A stretch of DNA of 64,000 bases, taken from positions 11,106-75,105 of the forward strand of contig JAAYUE010000013.1 in assembly GCA_012517905.1 (NCBI GenBank), written 5' to 3'. Below the pieces are notes generated by a model. It did not search any database. It was given only the letters and a program-made list of their open reading frames with translations, and was not told where the DNA came from. Position 1 is the stretch's first letter. The number at the start of each line of letters is the position of its first letter. The translations under genes and the position numbers were made by a program. This document shows, piece after piece, positions 9,315 to 16,670 of the stretch. This stretch comes from Clostridiales bacterium (lineage in GTDB: Bacteria > Bacillota > Clostridia > Christensenellales > CAG-138).

Positions 9315-10324
9315 GCAGCGCACAAACCATGAAAATCTTCAGCATCATCAACCGCATCAAGCAGGAGCTGGAGGAAAGCCCGCGCTCCAAATTTGGCGGC
9401 ACAAACAAGCGGGTTGTGGAAGTCGACCGCCTGCTGGACCTTTTGGAAGACCTGAAAGTCGTCATTCCCGAGGACATCCGCCGCGCAACGGGCATCATCT
9501 CCGAGGCGGAGAATACCATTGCGGACGCGAAGGAAAACGCGCTCGAAATCGTCGAGCAGGCGCATCAGGAAGCGGAGGCCGTGCTCGGTCAGGCGCAGTC
9601 CCAGGCGGATGCGATCCATTCCGACGCGCAGGCGGAGTTTGAGCGCCGCGTGAGCGAGTCCGAGGTGTATAAAGAAGCGTTCACCCGCGCGAGCGGCATT
9701 GCCGCCGAAGCGGAAGCGAACGCGACGGCCATTTACAACGGCTCGCGCAAGTATGCCGATGAAATTCTCGTCGATCTGCAGCGCTACCTCGGCGAATATC
9801 ATAAGATGATCGAAACGAACCGCCGCGAACTCGGCGTGAGCGACGAGCCCGTTGCGCCGCCGGTCAAGGCGCCCGTGCAGGAGGCCCCGCGTCCCGTGCA
9901 GCAGCAGGCGCAGTATGCGCCGGAGCAGCCGAAGTATGCCGAGCCCGCCCCGGTTTACGCCGAGCCGCCGCGCCAGCAGACCGCGCGCCAGCCGCGCGTT
10001 GCGCCGCACACCGGCGTCGAGCGCATGCAGGTTGAGGAAGACCCGACCGCGACGCGCCAGTTTGCGCGCCCCATGAGCAGGCCCGCCTATGAGGAACCCA
10101 TGGAAGAGCCGCCGCGCCGCCGCGACCCGCGCGTCGAGGAAGCGCCGCCGAAGAAGAAGGGGCTTTTCTCGCGGCTTCTCGAGGCGGAAGACGATGAAGA
10201 CGACGACGAGGACGAAGAGGGCTGGGAAGAGCCGGTCCAGAAAGCGCCCAAGGAAAAGAAACCCCGCAAGCGTCTGATCGAGTTTATCGAAGCGGACGAC
10301 GACGAGGACGAAGAGGACTTCTAA
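9311..10324 (+). CDS. coiled-coil protein with a Pro/Gln-rich linker and a poly-acidic C-terminus (function unknown)
   Basis: 337 aa, with its start overlapping the coaD stop in an ATGA. The N-terminal ~170 aa are A/E/Q-rich helical, resembling ATP-synthase b or V-ATPase G/H-like helices. Then come a PxP-rich segment and an acidic tail ending EADDDEDEEDF. Confidence 0.7.
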   Translation: MSSAQTMKIFSIINRIKQELEESPRSKFGGTNKRVVEVDRLLDLLEDLKVVIPEDIRRATGIISEAENTIADAKENALEIVEQAHQEAEAVLGQAQSQADAIHSDAQAEFERRVSESEVYKEAFTRASGIAAEAEANATAIYNGSRKYADEILVDLQRYLGEYHKMIETNRRELGVSDEPVAPPVKAPVQEAPRPVQQQAQYAPEQPKYAEPAPVYAEPPRQQTARQPRVAPHTGVERMQVEEDPTATRQFARPMSRPAYEEPMEEPPRRRDPRVEEAPPKKKGLFSRLLEAEDDEDDDEDEEGWEEPVQKAPKEKKPRKRLIEFIEADDDEDEEDF

Positions 10325-10420
10325 TTCAGCAACCAACGAGCCGTGGGCTGCGCCTCCGGCTCGTTTTCTGTCCCGGACGGACCGCCATAAAAAACATCAA
10401 CGACGAACAGGAAAACGACG

Positions 10421-11200
10421 ATGGCGAAGAAGATTGGGCTCGCGCTCGGCGCGGGCAGCGCAAAGGGGTTTGCGCATATCGGCGCGCTGCAGGCGCTGGA
10501 CGAGGCGGGCATCCGCGTGGATATGATCTCCGGCTGCAGCATGGGGGCGATCATCGGCGGCATCTACAGCGTCGGAACGGACCTGTACATGCTGGAGCGA
10601 TTCATCAAGTCGATCAAGCTCTACGACTATCTCGACGTAAAGCTGCCGCTTGCCGCCGGCCTGCTCAAAGGGGAGCGCCTGCAGGAGCTCGTCCGCGTGT
10701 TTACGCACGGAAAGACGTTTGCGGAAACGAAGATTCCGTTCTGCTGTGTCGCCGTGGACGCCGAAACGGGTAAGCTGGACGTGCTCTAAGAAGGCCCGCT
10801 GCACGAGAGCATCCGCGCCAGCATGTCCATTCCCGCGTTTTTTGAGCCGGTGCAGCTCAACGGAAAGACGTATATCGACGGCGGCGTGCTCGAGCGCGTG
10901 CCCTGCAAGACCCTGCGCGATCATGGCATGGACTGCGTCATCGGCGTGGACGTCGGCTATCACGGGGATGTGAAGGACGTTTCGGACATGGGCGTTTATC
11001 AACTGATGAACCATACGATCAACATCATGCAGTGGGAGCTTACGAAGATCCGCAGGGAAGAGGCGGATATTATGCTCGTGCCGGACGTGCAGTTTGTGCG
11101 CGGGCGGTTTCAGGTGGATCAGGCCGGCGCGACGATCGACGAGGGCAGGCGCGCGGTGATGGAAGCGCTGCCCGCGATCAGGCGGCTGATCGGCTCCTGA
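10421..11200 (+). pseudogene. patatin-like phospholipase (YlbK-like) interrupted by an in-frame TAA at 10787-10789
   Basis: ORFs 10421..10789 and 10823..11200 are in the same frame. The first carries GAGSAKG (oxyanion) and GCSMG (GxSxG). The second carries RASMSIPAFF and IDGG (the catalytic Asp dyad member). The local reading is ...GKLDVL*EGPLHESIRAS... Confidence 0.8.
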
Positions 11201-11238
11201 AAAAATGAATGAACCGTGTTATATTCTGCATAAAACCG

Positions 11239-11275
11239 GGCGCGCATGTAAATAAATGCGCGCCTGTTGTTATGT
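11239..11275. terminator. hairpin between the convergent patatin and tmcAL genes
   Basis: GGCGCGCAT (11239-11247) pairs with ATGCGCGCC (11256-11264) around an 8-nt loop. The flanks are T-rich on + and A-rich upstream. Confidence 0.4.
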
Positions 11276-11322
11276 TATAACATTTTTTGTGCGGTTGCCG
11301 GGTGCCGCGGCTTTGCGGAGCG

Positions 11323-12525
11323 CTAGAGGATGACCGGCCCGCTCAGGTCCCGCTTGATGTCCTGCGAGGTCACATAGCGCAGGATATCCGTGCTGAGCAT
11401 GTCCGTCTCCGCGTTTTGCCGGGCAAAGGCGGGGCAGGCGTCGAAATCCGCGTTTCGCAGCAGCAGCGGAGCGGTTTTTTTCTTTGCGATTTCGCCGAGC
11501 AGCGGACGCGCCTTCTTCTGAAACCCGAGCACCTTCAGATAACTGCCTTCGCGGCTTTGCACCGCCTGCTGCACCTGTTCGCCGGAGATGCCGAGCAGCG
11601 CGCAGGCGGCGATGCGCTTGCAGCGTGCCAGCGTATAGCGCTTGGTCTTGATGAGATCGTAAAACTCGCTCAGCGTCCGCGCCGCGCGGACCGACCGCCA
11701 GAGCACGTTTTCAAACCCTTCGGCGACGTCCGGCAGGTCTGCCAGCTCCTGTGGGGACATGCGGCGCAGCGCATAGAGCATCACGTCGCTGAGCGCCTCC
11801 TGCGGAATGATGAACTGTTCGTCGTACAAAAGCGGTCCGCCGACGAAGTTCGGCATGGTGTTGAGAATTTCGCGCCTGCCCTCGACGATGGCTTTGCGGA
11901 TGGCCGTCGCGCTGGCGAACTCGCCGACGATCTCCTCGCTGTGATATCCCGTGCCGATGCGTTCAATGGGCAGCGGCTCGATGGATGGTGCATAGCGGCG
12001 CAGCGCGTTGAGATATTCCACGGCGAGGATGTTATTCGGCTGTGCGATGGCGCTGAGCATATTCCTCGGCACGCCGTATTCCGCCAGCGCGTCAAACCGT
12101 GCGCGTGGATAGCTCTTGCCGAGCGAAAGATGCCGCTTGATCGCCTCGCGCAGCGCCGGCGGCTCGCTGGTGATGATGTCGGAGATCTGATAGAGCGTGC
12201 GAAGGTCCGGCGCTTCGCAGCCAAACGCGAGGTCGGTTACGACGCCCGTGCCGAAGAGCGTGCGAACGCCGCCCGCGGCGAAACGCTCGGCGGGCGCGAC
12301 CGCGTAAACGCTCGGCAGCTCCAGCACGAGATCGGCCCCGGCGCGCAGCGCCCATGCGGCGCGGGAAAACTTATCGGTGCAGGCGGCTTCGCCGCGCTGG
12401 ACGAAGTTGCCGGAGAGCACGACGACGCAGTAATCCGCCCCGGACAGCGCGCGCGCGCGTTCCAGATGATAGATGTGCCCGTTGTGCAGCGGGTTGTATT
12501 CCGCTATGATCCCGACGACGCGCAT
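11323..12525 (-). CDS. tmcAL: tRNA(Met) cytidine acetate ligase TmcAL (YlbM/UPF0348 nucleotidyltransferase)
   Basis: I place the start at MRVVGIIAEYNPLHNGHIYH (ATG 12525, preceded by GGAGAA). The track's 40-codon N-terminal extension runs into AT-rich promoter DNA. The HxGH-type motif is NPLHNGH. Confidence 0.88.
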   Translation of the reverse strand: MRVVGIIAEYNPLHNGHIYHLERARALSGADYCVVVLSGNFVQRGEAACTDKFSRAAWALRAGADLVLELPSVYAVAPAERFAAGGVRTLFGTGVVTDLAFGCEAPDLRTLYQISDIITSEPPALREAIKRHLSLGKSYPRARFDALAEYGVPRNMLSAIAQPNNILAVEYLNALRRYAPSIEPLPIERIGTGYHSEEIVGEFASATAIRKAIVEGRREILNTMPNFVGGPLLYDEQFIIPQEALSDVMLYALRRMSPQELADLPDVAEGFENVLWRSVRAARTLSEFYDLIKTKRYTLARCKRIAACALLGISGEQVQQAVQSREGSYLKVLGFQKKARPLLGEIAKKKTAPLLLRNADFDACPAFARQNAETDMLSTDILRYVTSQDIKRDLSGPVIL

Positions 12526-12566
12526 GATAAATTCTCCGCTGAAATACTGAATTTTTTCGTATAACA

Positions 12567-12599
12567 AGTATACCATTTTGGATATGTTTGTGGTATACT
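12567..12599. promoter_or_regulatory. back-to-back extended -10 promoters formed by a 9-bp inverted repeat
   Basis: AGTATACCA (12567-12575) and TGGTATACT (12591-12599) are exact reverse complements. Each strand therefore reads TGgTATACT, facing tmcAL (-) and pta (+). Confidence 0.45.
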
Positions 12600-12815
12600 C
12601 TAGCGGTTGGGTACAAAATGTAAGAATGATGATAGAAACGAACATTATTTGTTCGTTTTACCTGCCGTTGAATTCAAAAACAAATCAAGCGGGCGGGTTG
12701 AAACAAGCGTAAGTACGCCCTTGCAAAACAGGCGGCTGGTTTCGAGAGAAATCTTATCGGTACTCTCTTCAAATTAAAATAAGCGACAGGTTCAGATGGA
12801 GGCGCAGAAACTCTC

Positions 12816-13814
12816 ATGGCTTTGATGGACACGATCAGGCTCAAGGCAAAGATGCAGAAAAAAAGGATTCTCCTGCCGGAAGGCTCGGAGGAACGCACCG
12901 TACAAGCGGTAGCGCTGATACAAGCACAGGGAATCGCCGAAGTAACGCTGCTCGGGAACACGGATGAAATTCTGGCAACGGCTCAGAAGTTCAACGTATC
13001 GCTCGACGGCGTTTCTCTCGTAGATCCGGAAAAAGACGCGGATTATGCGGCCTATGTCGACGCATACTACGAAATGCGCAAGGCAAAGGGCGTCACGCCC
13101 GAAATCGCCGCCAAGACGATGAAGGACACGAAGTTTTTCGCCGCGATGATGATTCTCAACGGCCGCGGGGACGGCATGGTCGCCGGCGCGATCAGCACCA
13201 CGGGCGACACGCTGCGCCCGGGGCTTCAGATCATCAAGATGGCAAAGGGCATTTCGGTCGTATCCAGCTGCTTCATCATGGAGCTGCCGAACAAAGCCTA
13301 CGGGGACGACGGCATGATGGTCTTTGGCGACTGCGCGGTCAATCCGAACCCGACCGCGGAGCAGCTCGCCGCCATCGCGGTTTCCTCCGCGCAGACGGCA
13401 AAGTGCCTCTGCGGCATGGAGCCGCGCGTTGCGATGCTCTCCTTTTCCACCAAGGGCAGCGCCAAGCACGAGCTCGTCGACAAGGTGGTCGAGGCGACGC
13501 GCGTTCTGCATGAAATCGCGCCGGAACTCATTGCGGACGGCGAACTGCAGGCGGACGCGGCTCTGGTTTCCAAGGTCGGTCAGCTCAAGTGTCCCGGCAG
13601 TCCGGTCGCGGGCAAGGCAAACGTGCTGATCTTTCCGGACCTGCAGGCGGGCAACATCGGCTACAAGCTCGTGCAGCGCCTCGCGGGCGCGGAGGCGATC
13701 GGCCCCATCTGCCAGGGATTCAGGTATCCCATCAACGACCTCTCTCGCGGCTGCAGCGTGGAGGACATCGTATCCGTCGTAGCGATCACCGCCGTTCAGG
13801 CGCAGAATCTATAA
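12816..13814 (+). CDS. pta: phosphate acetyltransferase
   Basis: 332 aa and Pta family throughout (ILLPEGSEERT..., GDCAVNPNP, SRGCSVEDIV). Confidence 0.95.
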   Translation: MALMDTIRLKAKMQKKRILLPEGSEERTVQAVALIQAQGIAEVTLLGNTDEILATAQKFNVSLDGVSLVDPEKDADYAAYVDAYYEMRKAKGVTPEIAAKTMKDTKFFAAMMILNGRGDGMVAGAISTTGDTLRPGLQIIKMAKGISVVSSCFIMELPNKAYGDDGMMVFGDCAVNPNPTAEQLAAIAVSSAQTAKCLCGMEPRVAMLSFSTKGSAKHELVDKVVEATRVLHEIAPELIADGELQADAALVSKVGQLKCPGSPVAGKANVLIFPDLQAGNIGYKLVQRLAGAEAIGPICQGFRYPINDLSRGCSVEDIVSVVAITAVQAQNL

Positions 13815-13830
13815 GGAGAACCACACCAAC

Positions 13831-15042
13831 ATGACGTATATTCTTGTCATCAACGCAGGCAGCTCTTCCCTGAAGTACCAGCTCATCGACATCGATGAAG
13901 GACATATCATCGCAAAAGGCATCTGCGAGCGCATCGGCATCGCAAAATCGATCATCAGCTATAAAGCGGACAAGGGCGATAAATTCGAAAAAGAAAGCCC
14001 CATGAAAACGCACGAGGACGCCATCAAGCTCGTTCTCGACCTGCTTACGGACAAACAGATCGGCGTGATCGAGGACATGAGCTGCATCGAGGCCGTCGGC
14101 CATCGCGTGCTGCACGGCGGAGAGAAATACTCCGAGCCGGTGCTCATCGACGATCAGGTGCTCGAGGCGATCGAGGAGTGCATTCCGCTCGGGCCGCTGC
14201 ACAACCCCGCGAACCTCATGGGCATCCGCGGCTGCATGGCCGCCATGCCGGGCGTGCCGATGGTTGCGGTGTTCGACACCGCGTGGGGCCAGACCATGCC
14301 GAAGGAAGCATATATGTATGCCCTTCCGTACGAAGCGTACACCGATCACAAGGTGCGCCGCTATGGATTCCATGGCACGTCGCACCGCTACGTGACCGGA
14401 CAGGCGGTCAAAAAGCTCGAAAAGCTCGGCATCAAAAAGGAAGACACCCGCGTGATCACCTGCCATCTTGGCAACGGGTCCAGCCTCTCCGCCGCAAAGG
14501 GCGGCAAGTGCGTGGATACGTCGATGGGGCTGACGCCGCTCGAAGGCGTCCCGATGGGCACGCGCTGCGGCAGCATCGACCCCGCGATCATCCCTTATCT
14601 CATGGGCAGAACGGGCATGAACGCGCAGGACATCGACACCTATATGAACAAAAAGAGCGGCGTATACGGCGTCTCCGGCGTGAGCAGCGATTTTCGCGAC
14701 CTGAAAGCGGCCGCCGATCAGGGCAACGAGCGCGCGGCGCTCGCCCGCAAGCTGTTTTGCTACAAAGTGCGCCAGTATATCGGCTCCTATGCCGCGACGC
14801 TCGGCGGCGTGGACGCCATCGTCATGACGGCCGGCATTGTGGAAAACGATCCGTACATCCGCGAGGGCATCCTGCAGGGGCTGGAATTCCTCGGCGTCGA
14901 CATGGACTGGGAATTCAACATGACCTGCCCGCGCGCGACCGATCTGGAAATCACGAAACCCACGAGCAAGGTGCACGTTTACGTCATCCCGACGGACGAA
15001 GAGATGACCATCGCGCGCGACACCGCCGCGCTTGCGCTCTGA
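13831..15042 (+). CDS. ackA: acetate kinase
   Basis: 403 aa with the VINAGSSSLKYQL N-terminus, HRVLHGG and GFHGTSH motifs. Confidence 0.96.
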   Translation: MTYILVINAGSSSLKYQLIDIDEGHIIAKGICERIGIAKSIISYKADKGDKFEKESPMKTHEDAIKLVLDLLTDKQIGVIEDMSCIEAVGHRVLHGGEKYSEPVLIDDQVLEAIEECIPLGPLHNPANLMGIRGCMAAMPGVPMVAVFDTAWGQTMPKEAYMYALPYEAYTDHKVRRYGFHGTSHRYVTGQAVKKLEKLGIKKEDTRVITCHLGNGSSLSAAKGGKCVDTSMGLTPLEGVPMGTRCGSIDPAIIPYLMGRTGMNAQDIDTYMNKKSGVYGVSGVSSDFRDLKAAADQGNERAALARKLFCYKVRQYIGSYAATLGGVDAIVMTAGIVENDPYIREGILQGLEFLGVDMDWEFNMTCPRATDLEITKPTSKVHVYVIPTDEEMTIARDTAALAL

Positions 15043-15095
15043 GCGCAAATCGTGTATAATCGCCAAAGAGCGAACATTTTCGGAGGATATCAGCC

Positions 15096-15239
15096 ATGAA
15101 ACATATGCAGACCATCCAGAAGCCCTGCATCAAGGCGGGCAAAAACACCGCGTGCGGCGAGTGCCAGGCAAGCTGCCAGTCGGCATGCAAAACGTCCTGC
15201 ACGGTTGCCAACCAGAAGTGCGCGAAAGAAGAAAAGTAA
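15096..15239 (+). CDS. scfA: six-cysteine ranthipeptide precursor SCIFF (47 aa; absent from the ORF track)
   Basis: Hand translation gives MKHMQTIQKPCIKAGKNTACGECQASCQSACKTSCTVANQKCAKEEK. The core CGECQxSCQSACKTSCTVxNQxC matches the SCIFF family signature. GGAGGA lies 8 nt upstream of the ATG, and the gene sits directly upstream of the cognate radical-SAM maturase. Confidence 0.9.
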   Translation: MKHMQTIQKPCIKAGKNTACGECQASCQSACKTSCTVANQKCAKEEK

Positions 15240-15266
15240 TAGGCTATCTTTGATCAGCCGATCCGC

Positions 15267-15303
15267 AAAGAAAGGCCAGCTTCGGCCTTTCTTTGTTCTT
15301 TTG
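15267..15303 (+). terminator. stem-loop plus T-tract between the SCIFF precursor and the maturase (probable partial terminator)
   Basis: AAAGAAAGGCC (15267-15277) pairs perfectly with GGCCTTTCTTT (15284-15294) around a 6-nt loop, followed by GTTCTTTTG. Confidence 0.6.
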
Positions 15304-15344
15304 CGGCGGTTGCCGCACACAGTATGCCAGAAGGAGAATCCCTT

Positions 15345-16670
15345 TTGATCCATTCGTTCAAATTTCAGCAACACAACGTCCTGCTGGATGTTGAGAGCGG
15401 CGCCATCCACGAGCTGGACGACGCTGCGTTTGCCGTCGTGCAGGCGATCGAACGCGGGAATGACCCGTTTTCCGCCGGCGTGGCGGAGGAAACTGTCCGC
15501 GAAGTGCTCGCCGATATCGAGGAGCTCAAAGAAAGCGGCGCATACGCAAGCGAAACGCCCGTTGCGCCGGAGATTGCGGGCGGCAGCGCGATCAAGTCCA
15601 TGTGCCTGCATGTCGCGCACGACTGCAACCTTCGCTGCCGCTATTGCTTCGCCGCGACGGGGGACTTTCACGGCGCGCTGATGCTCATGCCGTTTGCGGT
15701 GGGAAAGCGCGCGCTCGATTTTCTGATGGAGCGCAGCGGATCGCGAAAGCACCTTGAGGTGGACCTCTTCGGCGGCGAGCCGCTGATGAACTGGGACGTC
15801 TGCAAGCAGCTTGTCGCCTATGGACGCGAGCTGGAGAAGCAATACGACAAAGAAATCCATTTCACGATCACGACGAACTGCGTCGCGCTGGACGACGAGA
15901 AGATCGACTTCATCAACCGCGAGATGCACAATGTGGTCATCAGCCTCGACGGACGAAAGGAAATTCATGACGCGCTCCGCCCGACCGTCAACGGCAAGGG
16001 CTCGTTCGACATCATTCTCGCCAACGCAAAAAAGCTCGTCGCCGGACGCGGGGAAAAGGAATACTACATTCGCGGCACGTTCACACGAGAAAATCTCGAT
16101 TTTCTCGAGGATGTGAAAGCGCTGACGGATTACGGGTTTCAGCAGATATCCATCGAGCCCGTCGTGCTGGCCGAGGACAGCCCATACAGCCTGCTGCCGG
16201 AGCATCTCGAGCGGATCGACCGGGAATACGACGCGCTTGCCGCGCACTATATCGAGTCGCGGAAAAGCTCCGACACGTGGTTCAACTTCTTCCACTTCAT
16301 GTTCGATCCGGACGGCGGCCCCTGCCTGAGAAAGCGCATCAACGGCTGCGGCGCGGGCACGGAATACGTCGCCGTCACGCCGGACGGGGATATCTATCCC
16401 TGCCACCAGTTCGTCGGCATGGAGGATTGGAAGCTCGGCAGTCTCGACGGACCCGAGTTGAGGAGCGATATCCAAGCGTCGTTTCTCGGCTGCAACGTCT
16501 GCACAAAAGATACCTGCAAAGACTGCTGGGCAAAATATTACTGCAGCGGCGGGTGCATGGCAAACGCGGTGCTCTACGGCGGCGCGCTGGACCATCCGCA
16601 CGAGATCAGCTGCCATCTGATGCGAAAGCGTATCGAATGCGCCGTCGGCATCTATCTGAGCGAACGATGA
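15345..16670 (+). CDS. scfB: SCIFF peptide maturase (radical SAM/SPASM thioether-forming enzyme)
   Basis: CNLRCRYC (CxxxCxxC) plus a Cys-rich C-terminal SPASM region (CGAGTEY...CxxC...CSGGC). TTG 15345 lies 8 nt after AAGGAG and gives MIHSFKFQQHNVLLDVESGAIHELD, the typical family N-terminus. The track start at 15324 is probably too early. Confidence 0.9.
   Translation: MIHSFKFQQHNVLLDVESGAIHELDDAAFAVVQAIERGNDPFSAGVAEETVREVLADIEELKESGAYASETPVAPEIAGGSAIKSMCLHVAHDCNLRCRYCFAATGDFHGALMLMPFAVGKRALDFLMERSGSRKHLEVDLFGGEPLMNWDVCKQLVAYGRELEKQYDKEIHFTITTNCVALDDEKIDFINREMHNVVISLDGRKEIHDALRPTVNGKGSFDIILANAKKLVAGRGEKEYYIRGTFTRENLDFLEDVKALTDYGFQQISIEPVVLAEDSPYSLLPEHLERIDREYDALAAHYIESRKSSDTWFNFFHFMFDPDGGPCLRKRINGCGAGTEYVAVTPDGDIYPCHQFVGMEDWKLGSLDGPELRSDIQASFLGCNVCTKDTCKDCWAKYYCSGGCMANAVLYGGALDHPHEISCHLMRKRIECAVGIYLSER

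Noticed and set aside
10787-10789. The in-frame TAA in the patatin gene read as evidence of stop-codon reassignment or programmed recoding.
   Set aside because: TAA, TGA and TAG all terminate well-defined genes in this window. TAA is not a known Sec or Pyl codon, and I see no downstream recoding structure. I keep it as a nonsense or sequencing-error candidate only.
11287-12564. Plus-strand ORFs of 425 aa (11287..12564), 305 aa (45382..46299) and 218 aa (47314..47970) that compete with minus-strand genes.
   Set aside because: The minus-strand alternatives carry real signatures: the TmcAL NPLHNGH motif, a coherent polytopic membrane protein, and a TM-plus-repeat protein with an RBS. The plus-strand translations are R/V/D/L-rich shadows.
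16277-16666. N-terminal over-extensions in the ORF track: recJ from 16277, era from 3696, dtd from 21569, rpsB from 52474, tyrS from 40591, PBP from 31660 and tmcAL to 12645.
   Set aside because: The extensions overlap upstream genes or promoter and terminator DNA. They lack RBSs and precede canonical family N-termini that have good RBS-supported starts.
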